From an uncultured Thiothrix sp. (GTDB lineage: Bacteria > Pseudomonadota > Gammaproteobacteria > Thiotrichales > Thiotrichaceae), in the NCBI GenBank assembly GCA_964293005.1, contig CAXYXW010000020.1:3766-67765 (forward strand): a DNA stretch of 64,000 bases, written 5' to 3'. Position numbers and translations under genes: made by a program. Positions within the stretch are counted from its first letter, which is position 1. Every line of letters begins with the position of its first letter. This document shows, one piece after another, positions 37,186 through 48,403 of the stretch. The notes under the pieces are model-generated. The model was given only the letters and a program-made list of their open reading frames with translations, was not told the DNA's origin and did no database searches.

Positions 37186-39056
37186 TGCGGTTGTGGGTAG
37201 GGGTGATGGTGTGGTGCTTGGCAAGCACTGTGCAGGCGGATACCTTGACGCGGCGTGAGGTGCAGATCATGCACGATGCAGGTATCCGCATGGCCTTGAT
37301 GCGGGCGGATGGCACGAGTGAAAAGCCGTATGTGATCCCGGTGGAGATCAGGCCAGAGGTGTTGTTGCAAACCGAGTTACTGGATTTCTCCGGGCAACCG
37401 TTGAGCCAAGTGCCGGGTTGGTTGGTGAAGTTCAAAAACCTGCGCAAGCTGGATTTGTCCAATACCGGCCTGCGGGTGGATGGCAACCTGTTGGCAGCGT
37501 TGGGGAATATGCCGGAATTGAGTGTGCTGAACCTGTCCGGCAACCCCTTGTTCCCGGAGAATGACTGCCTGTTCTTTTGTGATCCGGTGGTGACATTGAA
37601 CGGCGTTTGGCAGAAGCTGACGCAACTCACCGAGCTGCGTTTGACCAATACGGGCGCAACGGCTGAGAACCTGGGCAGCTTTGCCCCTTTGGAAAACCTC
37701 ACCCATTTGTATCTGGGCGGCAATCGAATTGGCGATGGGATAACCAAGCTGGGCTTGGCGAACCCCTCCAACCTGAAGAAGCTCAATTTGGATAATAATG
37801 GCATCAGCCAAGACCCCTTGCCGGATTTGCCCACCCAAAGCCTCGTGGAGTTGAGTCTTGCCGAGAATGACCTGCGGGAACTGGCGTTTGTGGATATGCC
37901 GAATCTGGAGCAGTGGGATGTGAGCCGTAATCCCAACCTGAAACTGGCAACGGGGTTTGGGGATATGTTTGCTTTGGGGGCGTTGCAGGTGTTGGGGTAT
38001 GACCAACCGTACCACTTGCCCGCCCCACTGCTGAAGCGGATGCAGGCTAAGATGGAGCAGGCAAAGGCAGCGATAGCAAAGGCTGAACAGCTTGAACAGG
38101 AGCGCAAGAAAGCAGCGTTGCACGCTGAACAGGAACGGCAAGCAGCCATAGCAAAGGCTGAAGAGGAGCGTAAGAAAGCGGCAGAGCAAGCTGAACAGGA
38201 ACGGCAAGCAGCAGCCCGCCGTCAAGCGGAAGAGAAAGAAAGGGCAGCGATAGTAAAGGCTGAGCAGCTTGAGCAGGAACGCAAGAAAGCGGCGGCAAAA
38301 GCAGCCACCCGCCAGCCTTTCGAGCCGGAGATGGTATCAATCCCCGCTGGGAAATTCACGATGGGTTGTGACGGCAAGCGCGATGATGTGGAAGGCGGTT
38401 GTTTTGACAATGAAAAACCTGCCCACACAGTTACCCTCAATGCATTCGAAATGGGCAAATATGAGGTGACGTTTGATGAATGGGATGCCTGCGAACAGGC
38501 AAATGTCTGCCCCCATGCGGATGATTACGGTTGGGGTCGTGGCAAGCGCCCGGTGATCAATGTCAGTTGGAATGATATTACCCAAAAGTACCTCCCGTGG
38601 TTGAACCGGGAAACGGGTAAGCTCTACCGTTTACCGACCGAAGCGGAATGGGAGTATGCAGCGCGGGGTGGTCAGGGTGGGGCGTATCCTTGGGGGCAAG
38701 AGGCCAGCCATGAATATGCCAACTATGGTAAGGATACATGTTGCGGTGGTTTGGCTTCTGGCAAAGACCAGTGGGAGTACACTGCCCCTGTTGGCAGTTT
38801 TGCTGTAAATGGTTATGGCCTGCACGATATGCACGGCAACGTGTGGGAGTGGGTGGAAGATTGTTGGCAGGGTGATTACAAAGATGCCCCGGTGGATGGT
38901 AGCGCCCGTCAGGGTTGCGGCGCGGATGCGTCGCGTGTGTTGCGCGGCGGGTCGTGGTACGGCACTCCTCTGTGGTTGCGTTCCGCCTACCGCGACTACT
39001 ACACGCCCACGTACCGTACCTCCGGTGTGGGTTTTCGTGCTGCCAGGACTAATTGA
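37185..39056 (+). CDS. Secreted LRR / coiled-coil / formylglycine-generating-enzyme (FGE-sulfatase) domain fusion protein
   Basis: Signal peptide. LRRs (LRKLDLSNTGL, LSVLNLSGNPL, LTHLYLGGNRI, LKKLNLDNNGI). Repetitive KAEQLEQERKKAA coiled coil. C-terminal FGE domain (PAGKFTMG...YRLPTEAEWEYAARGG...LHDMHGNVWEWVEDCW...RVLRGGSWY). Confidence 0.7.
   Translation: MRLWVGVMVWCLASTVQADTLTRREVQIMHDAGIRMALMRADGTSEKPYVIPVEIRPEVLLQTELLDFSGQPLSQVPGWLVKFKNLRKLDLSNTGLRVDGNLLAALGNMPELSVLNLSGNPLFPENDCLFFCDPVVTLNGVWQKLTQLTELRLTNTGATAENLGSFAPLENLTHLYLGGNRIGDGITKLGLANPSNLKKLNLDNNGISQDPLPDLPTQSLVELSLAENDLRELAFVDMPNLEQWDVSRNPNLKLATGFGDMFALGALQVLGYDQPYHLPAPLLKRMQAKMEQAKAAIAKAEQLEQERKKAALHAEQERQAAIAKAEEERKKAAEQAEQERQAAARRQAEEKERAAIVKAEQLEQERKKAAAKAATRQPFEPEMVSIPAGKFTMGCDGKRDDVEGGCFDNEKPAHTVTLNAFEMGKYEVTFDEWDACEQANVCPHADDYGWGRGKRPVINVSWNDITQKYLPWLNRETGKLYRLPTEAEWEYAARGGQGGAYPWGQEASHEYANYGKDTCCGGLASGKDQWEYTAPVGSFAVNGYGLHDMHGNVWEWVEDCWQGDYKDAPVDGSARQGCGADASRVLRGGSWYGTPLWLRSAYRDYYTPTYRTSGVGFRAARTN
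38061..38306 (+). repeat. Imperfect tandem repeats (~60-70 nt units) encoding the coiled-coil linker
   Basis: Repeated ...gcgatagcaaaggctgaacagcttgaacaggagcgcaagaaagc... units. Confidence 0.5.
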
Positions 39057-39180
39057 CCTTTTCCCTTTACCGTCAGTGCCACCCAAACCAAGGCTTTAGG
39101 TAGGCTTTACCGGGTGGGCGGGCGGTGGGGCGGCCTTCATACCGCGCTTGGCGCGGTCGATTTTTGGGTGGGCGGGCTTT

Positions 39181-39206
39181 TGTAGGCTGGGCTTCAGCCC
39201 GACAGG
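39181..39206. repeat. Short REP-like palindromic element (copy 1)
   Basis: tgtaggctgggcttcagcccgacagg. Its reverse complement matches 55046-55069 with 2 mismatches. Confidence 0.3.
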
Positions 39207-39664
39207 TTTGTGAATGTGTGTAAACCCAAATCCCCCAACGCCTCCGCCGCCACTTCCTGCACGGCGGCATCCTGATCCTGCAAGCGGGCTTGCAGATAAG
39301 GCCGGGCGCTGTCTGCCCCGCTTAATCCGAGGTAATAACAGGCATCTGCCCGTACCCGTGCATCAGGATGTTGGCTGATTTTGCCCAGGGCATCCACCTG
39401 CTGTTGCAAGATGGCAGAGCCTGCCAAATCTTCCATCACTACCCCAATCCCGACGCGCCCGCTCAAGGGTGTGCGGGCATTCGCCAGCAATTCCAGCACT
39501 GCCTGCAAGGTCGCTGGTTCACGCTGGATGCGTGCTGTTACTTCGCCCGCCTTACCGCTCGATAATAGCGCATTGAAGTGGCTGCTCAGGTCATGTTCTT
39601 CCATCAGCCAGCGTGGGAAGTGGTGCAGTGGGGTGGTTTTGTCCATCCGTGGTTCCATGGTCAA
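39194..39664 (-). CDS. HEAT-repeat protein
   Basis: ARVRADACYYLGLSGADSARPYLQARLQDQDAAVQEVAAEALGDLG is a HEAT/PBS lyase-like repeat. Confidence 0.5.
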   Translation of the reverse strand: MTMEPRMDKTTPLHHFPRWLMEEHDLSSHFNALLSSGKAGEVTARIQREPATLQAVLELLANARTPLSGRVGIGVVMEDLAGSAILQQQVDALGKISQHPDARVRADACYYLGLSGADSARPYLQARLQDQDAAVQEVAAEALGDLGLHTFTNLSG

Positions 39665-39667
39665 GCC

Positions 39668-40417
39668 TTACGCCCAGCGATACCAGTGGTCAATGCCCAG
39701 TGTCCTGCCCCATGCGTCAATCAGTTCGCGGTCAAGGGTTTCATCAAACACCTGATGCAAGCAGGCTTCCAGCAGCAAGGCCGCCGCCGCTTCCATGCCG
39801 ACGCTGCGGTAAGGCGCGAACAGGTTGGGTTGCCCAAACAGTTCTGCCACCATCAGGGCTTGGGCGGCATTCATGACCTGGTTGGCACGCAATAAGGTAC
39901 GCGGGAACATGTCCGGGGTCATTTGCAAGCAGGCAATATGTTCAACCACTTGCTGGATTAGTGATTGTTGCTGGGTGGCATGCAGCTCCGGGTATTCGCG
40001 GTGCAGGGCAATATCAATCAGCATCCCGACCGGCACGGAACGCAACTGGGTGAGCACACCGCCGATGACATGCTCACTGAAGTTTTCGCGTTGGGCAATC
40101 GGTACGGACGGGTGCAGTTGCAGCAGCTCATTTTTAATGGGAGCCAAGGCAGATGGTTCCGGCTTCAGGTTGGCGCGTTCGGTTTCCGGCATCTGGTATT
40201 GGTGCAGGACAAAAGCGGCCTGCCATGCAATCAGGTAGTTGTTCTCATCGCTGGGCAGGCGCAGGACGATTTCATGCCGTTCTCGGCCTTCCCGACCCGC
40301 AATGCGTACACTGGAGGCGATGGGCAAGCTGGGGTCATAGATAATGTCAAAGCCCGCCCCGCTTAAATGGGTGGCCTTGTCGAGCAGCGTCTGGGTACTG
40401 GCTGGGTAAGGGGTCAT
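39668..40417 (-). CDS. Hypothetical protein (249 aa)
   Basis: ORF between argB and the HEAT-repeat gene on the same strand with short gaps, suggesting an operon. Confidence 0.4.
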   Translation of the reverse strand: MTPYPASTQTLLDKATHLSGAGFDIIYDPSLPIASSVRIAGREGRERHEIVLRLPSDENNYLIAWQAAFVLHQYQMPETERANLKPEPSALAPIKNELLQLHPSVPIAQRENFSEHVIGGVLTQLRSVPVGMLIDIALHREYPELHATQQQSLIQQVVEHIACLQMTPDMFPRTLLRANQVMNAAQALMVAELFGQPNLFAPYRSVGMEAAAALLLEACLHQVFDETLDRELIDAWGRTLGIDHWYRWA

Positions 40418-40427
40418 TAGAGGTTCC

Positions 40428-41330
<903 letters not shown>

Positions 41331-41448
41331 TCAGGAAACGAAGTCAGAAAATGGCGGCAAGTATAGCGGCTTTGTGCGGCGTGGAGAATGTATCGGTGGT
41401 GCTTATTCCTGCTATATTAGCAGCTCATGATGCCGTGGAGTGGCTTAG

Positions 41449-42618
41449 ATGGACTATGAGGTAATAATCGCAGGCGGTGGGATGGTCGGCTCGGCCTTGG
41501 CTTGCTTGTTGGGGCAGGCTGGCAAGCGGGTGGCAGTGCTGGAAGCGGCTGCTCCGGCTGCTTTTTCCGCTGCCGACCCTTTTGATGTGCGTGTGTCGGC
41601 ACTGAGCCGTGCTTCCCAGCGGATGTTGCTGGGGGCTGGGGCATGGGGGCGGGTGCTGGCGATGCGGGCAGCACCGTATGAGCGCATGCAGGTTTGGGAT
41701 GCGACTGGCTCCGGGCAAATCCGTTTTGATGCTGCCGATCTAGGGGAGCCTGATTTGGGGCATATTGTCGAAAACCGTGTCCTGCAATTGGCGTTGCTGG
41801 CTACTTTGGCGGATTACCCGACGGTTGATGTGTTTTGTCCGGCGCGGTTGGAGTCGTTTGCCTGTGAATCCACTGGTGTCACGGTGTTGTTGCAGGATGG
41901 CAGGCAATTGCAGGCGCAGTTGTTGGTGGGGGCGGATGGTGCACAGTCGGTGGTGCGTCACCTTGCCCAAGTGCCGGTCAGTGTTGAGGATTATGGGCAA
42001 AAAGGTTTGGTGTGTACCGTGCAGACGGCATTGCCGCATGCAGATACGGCATGGCAGCGCTTCCTTCCTGGCGGGCCATTGGCCTTTTTGCCCTTGCCGG
42101 AAGCCCATCATTGCTCGATTGTCTGGACATTACCGGCTGACCGGGCGGATGCCATGCTTGCCCTCGATGAGCCCCGCTTCTGCATCGAACTGGCACAAGC
42201 ATTGGAGGGGCGCTTGGGTGCGGTGATAGCAGTCGGGGAGCGGGCGGCTTTCCCCTTGCGCGGCATGCATGCGGGTGCTTATGTGCAGGAGCGGATAGCC
42301 TTGCTGGGGGATGCAGCCCATACCATCCATCCTTTGGCGGGGCAGGGGGTAAACCTGGGTTTTAAGGATGCCGCTGAGTTGGCAAGCCAGCTATTGGCAG
42401 CCCAGCGTGCTGATTGGGGCTCATTAAAAGTGTTACGCCGCTATGAACGCGCCCGGCGTGGTGATAACCTGTTGACACAAAAAGCAATGGAAGGTTTTCG
42501 CCTCCTGTTTGGCAATACGGTATTGCCTTTACAGGTGATGCGCAATATTGGGCTGGATCGGGTTAACCATTTTCCCCTCCTCAAATACCCACTGGTACGG
42601 CAGGCCATGGGCGTGTAG
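41449..42618 (+). CDS. UbiH/UbiF/VisC/COQ6-family FAD-dependent ubiquinone biosynthesis hydroxylase
   Basis: VIIAGGGMVGSALACLL FAD motif and DAAHTIHPLAGQGVNLG. Confidence 0.8.
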   Translation: MDYEVIIAGGGMVGSALACLLGQAGKRVAVLEAAAPAAFSAADPFDVRVSALSRASQRMLLGAGAWGRVLAMRAAPYERMQVWDATGSGQIRFDAADLGEPDLGHIVENRVLQLALLATLADYPTVDVFCPARLESFACESTGVTVLLQDGRQLQAQLLVGADGAQSVVRHLAQVPVSVEDYGQKGLVCTVQTALPHADTAWQRFLPGGPLAFLPLPEAHHCSIVWTLPADRADAMLALDEPRFCIELAQALEGRLGAVIAVGERAAFPLRGMHAGAYVQERIALLGDAAHTIHPLAGQGVNLGFKDAAELASQLLAAQRADWGSLKVLRRYERARRGDNLLTQKAMEGFRLLFGNTVLPLQVMRNIGLDRVNHFPLLKYPLVRQAMGV

Positions 42619-42631
42619 CACGCCCTGCATG

Positions 42632-43117
42632 TCAGTGTGTGCGGTTTGTTGGGGCTTGTTCGCGGATCAGTTGGCTGAGTGTTTGCACAAACTGTTCGAC
42701 CTGTTCGTGCCTGGGTTTGCTGCGCCAGAGGTAGAGAAAGTTTTCATTGCTGAGGGCGTGGCGGAAAATAATGAGGCGCGTGGTATACAGGAAAAAGCGG
42801 TAAGCCAGTACCAGGGTTGTCCCTGCCAGAATGGCAGCCAGCACATAAAGGATCATGATCGATTTCTGGTGTGCCCAGTAAAACAGCAGCCCACTGATCG
42901 AACCCATGAACAGGCTGTGTAGCAGCCATTTGACTGAAAACGATGAGGAATAGGTTGGGCTTGGGTGCAGCAGGCTGAGTGGAATCAGGGTCTCATGGCG
43001 GCGTGACAGTGATTGCTCACGTACCAGCAGGGCATCAGTGCCCTTGATGATGAATTCACGGCTGCCAAACAGGAAATGGCGTTGCTTGAGGTAGGTCTGG
43101 GTTGGCTGAGTCTGCAT
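42632..43117 (-). CDS. Hypothetical membrane protein
   Basis: Two to three TM helices. Lower-GC neighbourhood. Confidence 0.3.
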   Translation of the reverse strand: MQTQPTQTYLKQRHFLFGSREFIIKGTDALLVREQSLSRRHETLIPLSLLHPSPTYSSSFSVKWLLHSLFMGSISGLLFYWAHQKSIMILYVLAAILAGTTLVLAYRFFLYTTRLIIFRHALSNENFLYLWRSKPRHEQVEQFVQTLSQLIREQAPTNRTH

Positions 43118-43398
43118 TGTTATGATTTTATTCAGGTGAAGTTTTCACAATTGCCTACAGTATAGGCTGCTGAGTTGGATTCATGACACGATTTTCCGAC
43201 AGCCTGCGGTATTGGGTGTTTGCTGCTGACGGTGGTGGGTTGTCAGCATGCGCCTCCTATCTGTTTTTAATATCGTTGATAACGTTTTAGATGGAAAATT
43301 ATCCAGATCGAATGTGGTATAATCTGTTTAAATAAGTGTCAAACCATGGGCAAAAACAAAAAGAATCCCAGGTTTTCCTAACTATGGAGGTGTTGCAT

Positions 43399-43752
43399 AT
43401 GTATAAGGGAATCAAAAAAAATAGCAAGCCTTGGCTTGCACGGGGGCTGGTAGGGGTATGGCTTGCTTACGCTTCCTTGGCTGTTGCTGAGCCGGTGGTG
43501 CTGGAAGAGGAGGGGGTTGTCAAGTTGGTCGCCACCTTGCAGAACAACCCGGCCTTTACCAATGTCGTCTGGCGTGTTTACCGGCTGGATGATAGCCATG
43601 CACCTGTACAGATCATCCCCCGGCATACCGCCACCCTGAACCTCAGTCCCGGTAGTTATCGTGCGGTCGCTTACTTGAATAATAAGGAACGTGGGCGCTC
43701 ATTTCAGTTAAAATCCAACGGTGCGGAAAACATTGTCATTTCCATGGATTAA
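43399..43752 (+). CDS. Small secreted hypothetical protein
   Basis: RBS GGAGG precedes the ATG at 43399. Signal peptide-like N-terminus. Confidence 0.35.
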   Translation: MYKGIKKNSKPWLARGLVGVWLAYASLAVAEPVVLEEEGVVKLVATLQNNPAFTNVVWRVYRLDDSHAPVQIIPRHTATLNLSPGSYRAVAYLNNKERGRSFQLKSNGAENIVISMD

Positions 43753-43778
43753 CCTGAAAGAAAGATAAAGGATTGAGT

Positions 43779-44606
43779 ATGCCTTTGCAGCTTGACCGGT
43801 ACGCGGTCTTTGGCAACCCTGTTGCCCACAGCAAGTCCCCTGCTATCCATACCTTGTTTGCTGGGCAGACCCGGCAAGCACTGGAGTATGGTGCAATCCT
43901 GGCTCCCTTGGATGGTTTTACCCCGGCAGCCCGTGCCTTTTTTGCTGCGGGGGGACGTGGCTGCAATATCACTGTGCCATTCAAGCAGGAAGCCTGGGCA
44001 TTAGCGGACGAGCGTAGCGCTTATGCGGAGCGGGCAGGGGCACTAAATACCCTGATGCTGCGGGCAGATGGCAGCCTGTATGGGTACAATACGGATGGTT
44101 TGGGGTTGTTGCGTGATTTGCAGGCCAATCATGGGGTCAGCTTGCGTGGCAAACGTGTCCTGTTGCTGGGTGCGGGCGGGGCAGTGCGTGGGGTTTTGCA
44201 ACCGTTGCTGGAGGCTAACCTGGCTGAATTGTTTGTTGCCAACCGTACTGCTGCCACGGCAGAAGCGTTGGCGGATGACTTTGCAGGCTTGGGTCGGGTA
44301 AGTGGTGGTGGGTTCGCGGATGTTGACGGTGGGTTTGATGTCATCATCAACGGCACGGCTGCCAGTTTGCAAGGCGATTTGCCACCCCTGCCTGAGGGTT
44401 GCCTGCGGGCAGGTGGGGTCTGTTACGACATGATGTATGCCGCCGAGCCGACAGCCTTTGTGCGTTGGGGCTGGGAACAGGGCGCTGGGCAGTCACTGGA
44501 CGGTTTGGGGATGCTGGTTGAGCAGGCGGCTGAGTCATTTGCACTGTGGCGCGGGGTCAGGCCGGAAACCTCAGCGGTATTGGCGGCGGTGCGTCCACGT
44601 CCGTGA
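43779..44606 (+). CDS. aroE: Shikimate dehydrogenase
   Basis: [22 protein letters not shown] and GAGGA motifs. Confidence 0.85.
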   Translation: MPLQLDRYAVFGNPVAHSKSPAIHTLFAGQTRQALEYGAILAPLDGFTPAARAFFAAGGRGCNITVPFKQEAWALADERSAYAERAGALNTLMLRADGSLYGYNTDGLGLLRDLQANHGVSLRGKRVLLLGAGGAVRGVLQPLLEANLAELFVANRTAATAEALADDFAGLGRVSGGGFADVDGGFDVIINGTAASLQGDLPPLPEGCLRAGGVCYDMMYAAEPTAFVRWGWEQGAGQSLDGLGMLVEQAAESFALWRGVRPETSAVLAAVRPRP

Positions 44607-44667
44607 GTGGTGCTTGTGTCAGAGTCCGCTACTCCGTCCTATCAGCTAAACAACCACGGGAGTTCCC

Positions 44668-45057
44668 ATGCGTCAATCTTTAACCCTGCTTACCTTGGTC
44701 GTCCGGGATTATGATGAGGCGATCACTTTTTATGTCAACACACTCGGATTTGAGCTGGAAGAAGATAGGCCTGTCCCTGAGCAAGCTAAACGTTGGGTGG
44801 TTGTGCGTCCACCGGGATCGCCTGTTGCTCTTTTGCTGGCTCGTGCAGCTACGCCAGAACAACAGGCACGGGTCGGCGACCAAACGGGAGGCAGGGTTTT
44901 CCTGTTCCTGCATACAGATGATTTTGCACGTGATTATCAGCGTTATACCACTGCCGGAGTACACTTCATCCGTGGCCCGGAGGAGCAGCCTTACGGCACG
45001 GTCGGGGTGTTCAGGGATTTATATGGCAATCTATGGGATTTAATCCAGCCGAATTAA
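44668..45057 (+). CDS. VOC (glyoxalase/bleomycin-resistance) family protein
   Basis: About 129 aa with a glyoxalase-fold pattern. Confidence 0.65.
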   Translation: MRQSLTLLTLVVRDYDEAITFYVNTLGFELEEDRPVPEQAKRWVVVRPPGSPVALLLARAATPEQQARVGDQTGGRVFLFLHTDDFARDYQRYTTAGVHFIRGPEEQPYGTVGVFRDLYGNLWDLIQPN

Positions 45058-45097
45058 ATGGGCGAGAGTAATGAAGTGGTGAATGCCCGTCAAAAAG

Positions 45098-45763
45098 TCA
45101 ATCCTTTAGGTTGAGCTTAACCACCGGCAAGCCCAACCGCCAGTAAATCGCCGCCAGCCGAATCAGAAACACCACTGCCATACCGATCAGGATGGCAGGC
45201 ACTTCTGGCAATACCTGATCCAGCAGGGTGTAAACGACTGCCCCGCTGATGGCGGCAGAGGCATAGAGTTCACTGCGCATCACGGCAGGTGTGGTGGCGG
45301 TAAGCATGTCGCGGATCATGCCGCCCGCAATGCCAGTAATTACCCCCATCACCACCGCTACCGGTGCGGACAAACCCAATTGCAGGGTTTTTTGTGCACC
45401 CAGAATGGCAAATAGCGCCAAACCAGCCGCATCAGCAATATCCAGCAGGCGTAACCGGATACCGCGTCCGGGTGGGATGAGCCGTACCAGCAGGATACTG
45501 AGCAAGGTGGTCGGGATAATGATATTGAGGTAAAGCAGGTTGGTTGCCCAAAAGACCGGGGTTGCGCCAATCAACAAATCACGCAGTGTCCCCCCGCCCA
45601 AGGCACAGACACAAGCCAGCACCAATGCGCCAAAAAAGTCGAGCTGATGCCGCGCCGCCTGCAATACCCCACTGACCGCCAAGGTGACGGTTGCCAAAAT
45701 ATTGAGGGTTTGAATAAAGCCCTCAAAGGATAGCCAAGATAAAATAGCCTGCATTAGCCCCAT
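45098..45763 (-). CDS. TRIC-type cation channel / UPF0126 (YadS-YicG) family membrane protein
   Basis: Two Gly-rich repeats (GGGTLRD, GGMIRD) in a 7-TM protein. Confidence 0.65.
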   Translation of the reverse strand: MGLMQAILSWLSFEGFIQTLNILATVTLAVSGVLQAARHQLDFFGALVLACVCALGGGTLRDLLIGATPVFWATNLLYLNIIIPTTLLSILLVRLIPPGRGIRLRLLDIADAAGLALFAILGAQKTLQLGLSAPVAVVMGVITGIAGGMIRDMLTATTPAVMRSELYASAAISGAVVYTLLDQVLPEVPAILIGMAVVFLIRLAAIYWRLGLPVVKLNLKD

Positions 45764-45782
45764 CCCCTGATACCAGATGTAT

Positions 45783-46370
45783 TTATACCCCTGGAATAAC
45801 CAGGCCATGCAGCCGCAGCATTTCCATCAGACGGATCAGGGGCAAACCAACCAGTGCGCTCGGGTCGTCGCCATGCATGCGTTTGAACAGGCTGATGCCC
45901 AAGCCTTCTGATTTGAAGCTGCCTGCACAGTTATAAGGTTGTTCGTGGCGCAGGTAGTTGTCGATTTCAGCCGCTGTCAGCACCCGAAAGTCGACGCTAA
46001 AAGGAATCATGTCCAGTTGCAGGCTACCATCACGGCTATCCAGCAAGCACAGGCCGGTGAGGAATTGCACACGGCTGCCGGAAGAAGCCTGCAATTGTTC
46101 GGTGGCTTTGGCATGGGTTCCCGGTTTCCCCAGTACTTGCTCCCCCAAGACGGCACACTGGTCAGAACCGATAATCAGCGCGTCCGGGTAGCGGGCAGCA
46201 ACCGCTTCCGCTTTCTGTTGTGACAGGCGCAACACCATATCTTGGGCGCTTTCATCAGGCAGGCGGGTTTCATCAATATCCGGTGCAGCCGTCAGGAACG
46301 GGATGTGCAAACGTTCCAGCAGTTCACGCCGGTAGGCTGACGTGGAGCCGAGCACCAAAGTACGGGACAT
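45783..46370 (-). CDS. maf: Maf-like nucleoside triphosphate pyrophosphatase
   Basis: LVLGSTSAYRRELLERL and the Maf fold. Confidence 0.85.
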   Translation of the reverse strand: MSRTLVLGSTSAYRRELLERLHIPFLTAAPDIDETRLPDESAQDMVLRLSQQKAEAVAARYPDALIIGSDQCAVLGEQVLGKPGTHAKATEQLQASSGSRVQFLTGLCLLDSRDGSLQLDMIPFSVDFRVLTAAEIDNYLRHEQPYNCAGSFKSEGLGISLFKRMHGDDPSALVGLPLIRLMEMLRLHGLVIPGV

Positions 46371-46542
46371 GGCATTTCCTTTTTGGGGGAGTCTTGGACA
46401 GCTTCTTGGGTAATCTTAAGATAGCAGGGGCGCTTTTCGGGCAGCATCATACCTTATATGCCGGGGGCAGGCCATGTTTCAGCAACCGGCGATGCGATTT
46501 TTCTTTACACTGTAGGGGCTTGGTTCATATAATCCCGCGCTT

Positions 46543-47076
46543 ATGTCGAACAGGTTGCCCATTGAAGTTAATCCATTCCGTCTGATTGAGCAGCGCCGGT
46601 CGTTGTCCGGTGGTGTTTCCTTGCAGCATTTGCCGCGTTTGCGTGAGCTGGTGCTGGGGGCAGAAGGGGCGTTCGCCGTGGAAATGGATTTCACCCATTC
46701 AGCGAGTGGTTTGCCAATGATTGCAGGCCGAGTGCAGGGTGGGGTTACGTTGGCATGCCAACGTTGCCTTGAACCCGTGAGGGTGGGGGTTGATACACGG
46801 TTAAATGTCGTGTTGACAACTTCACAAACCGACCGCGAGCCTGAAGAAGAAGGCTACGAAATTTACATCGTTGACGATGAACGCTTGTTTTTACAGGATT
46901 TTATTGAAGATGAAATCCTGTTGGCCTTGCCGGTTGTACCCCGGCACGACAGTTGCCAACCTGTCCGGCCCTTGCATGAAGCATCGCCCGATGATGTTGA
47001 TGAACATGAAGACCCAGCACAGGGGGGGCGGCAAAACCCCTTCGCTGCATTAAAAGATTGGAAGAAAACGGAGTAA
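46543..47076 (+). CDS. yceD: YceD/DUF177 family protein
   Basis: Conserved position upstream of rpmF. CQRCLEP motif. Confidence 0.8.
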   Translation: MSNRLPIEVNPFRLIEQRRSLSGGVSLQHLPRLRELVLGAEGAFAVEMDFTHSASGLPMIAGRVQGGVTLACQRCLEPVRVGVDTRLNVVLTTSQTDREPEEEGYEIYIVDDERLFLQDFIEDEILLALPVVPRHDSCQPVRPLHEASPDDVDEHEDPAQGGRQNPFAALKDWKKTE

Positions 47077-47082
47077 ATTGCC

Positions 47083-47286
47083 ATGGCAGTTCAACAAAAT
47101 CGTAAATCACGTGCCAAGCGTGGCATGCGTCGTGCCCACGATGCACTGAGCAACCCAACCACTTCAGTGGATCAAGTATCGGGTGAAACCCATTTGCGTC
47201 ATCACATGACTCCAGACGGGTTCTATCGCGGTCGTCAGCTCATCAAGTCTGCCGTTGAAGTTGATGCAGACGACCAAGACCAGTAA
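47083..47286 (+). CDS. rpmF: 50S ribosomal protein L32
   Basis: [22 protein letters not shown]. Confidence 0.9.
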   Translation: MAVQQNRKSRAKRGMRRAHDALSNPTTSVDQVSGETHLRHHMTPDGFYRGRQLIKSAVEVDADDQDQ

Positions 47287-47374
47287 TGGGATGGTGGCGA
47301 GGGTTTTACCTTGCCTTGATGTCAAGAATAAAAATCGCGGGCTTTGACCCGCGATTTTTTTGCAGGAGATGTGC

Positions 47375-48403
47375 ATGGGTACAATGTACCGCATTGCCTT
47401 GGATGCAATGGGTGGCGATCATGGGCTGAGCGTTATTGTGCCTGCCGCGTTGAAGGCGTTGGAACAGTACCAGGATGTTGCCCTTATATTGGTTGGGGAC
47501 GAGCAACAAGTGCGGGCTGCTTTGGCTGCTCAGAGTGCTGTCGTCAGTGACCGTTTGCAGGTCAAGCATGCATCCCAAGTGGTTGCGATGGATGAGTCCC
47601 CTGCGTTGGCGTTGAAAAACAAGAAAGATTCCTCGATGCGGGTGGCAATCAACCTGGTCAAGGAAGGTGAGTCGGATGCTGTGGTCAGTGCCGGGAATAC
47701 CGGTGCACTGATGGCAACCGCCCGTTTTGTCCTGAAGATGTTGCCCGGTATTGACCGGCCTGCTATCTGTACGGTGATGCCCTCCCTCAATGGTCATACC
47801 CATATGCTGGATCTGGGGGCGAATGTCGATTCTTCCGCCGAACACCTCTACCAGTTTGCCCTGATGGGTTCCGAGCTGTGCAAAGCCATTGATGAAATCC
47901 CCAACCCCAGGGTCGGCCTGTTGAATATCGGGCAGGAAGCAATCAAGGGCAATGAGCAGGTCAAGGCGGCGAATGCCTTGCTGGAAACGTCTCCCCTCAA
48001 TTACATTGGCTATGTCGAAGGTGATGACATTTACCTGGGTGAGGTCGATGTGATTGTGTGTGACGGCTTTGTGGGCAATGTTGCCCTCAAGACCAGCGAA
48101 GGTTTGGCGAAAATGATTTCCACCAAGCTCAAGGGCAGCTTTGGCAAGTCGCTATTTAGTCGTTTGGCGGGTCTTATATCCCTTCCGGTTTTGCGTGGTT
48201 TCCGCCACGAGGTCGATCCAAGGCGCTATAATGGAGCCAGCCTATTGGGCTTGCAGGGCATTGCCATTAAAAGCCACGGTGGGGCAGACAGCTTGGCCTT
48301 TGCCAATGCCATTGGGATTGCCCGGACGGAAATTATTAAAAAAGTACCGCAACGTATTGATAAACAAATTGCGGGACTACTGGCGCAGGGACAAACGGCA
48401 TGA
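47375..48403 (+). CDS. plsX: Phosphate acyltransferase PlsX
   Basis: [12 protein letters not shown]-terminus. Overlaps fabH by 4 nt. Confidence 0.9.
   Translation: MGTMYRIALDAMGGDHGLSVIVPAALKALEQYQDVALILVGDEQQVRAALAAQSAVVSDRLQVKHASQVVAMDESPALALKNKKDSSMRVAINLVKEGESDAVVSAGNTGALMATARFVLKMLPGIDRPAICTVMPSLNGHTHMLDLGANVDSSAEHLYQFALMGSELCKAIDEIPNPRVGLLNIGQEAIKGNEQVKAANALLETSPLNYIGYVEGDDIYLGEVDVIVCDGFVGNVALKTSEGLAKMISTKLKGSFGKSLFSRLAGLISLPVLRGFRHEVDPRRYNGASLLGLQGIAIKSHGGADSLAFANAIGIARTEIIKKVPQRIDKQIAGLLAQGQTA

Noticed and set aside
37166-38225. Long - strand ORFs (327 aa and 282 aa) antisense to the LRR-FGE gene
   Set aside because: The + strand frame carries clear LRR and FGE motifs. The antisense frames are low complexity.
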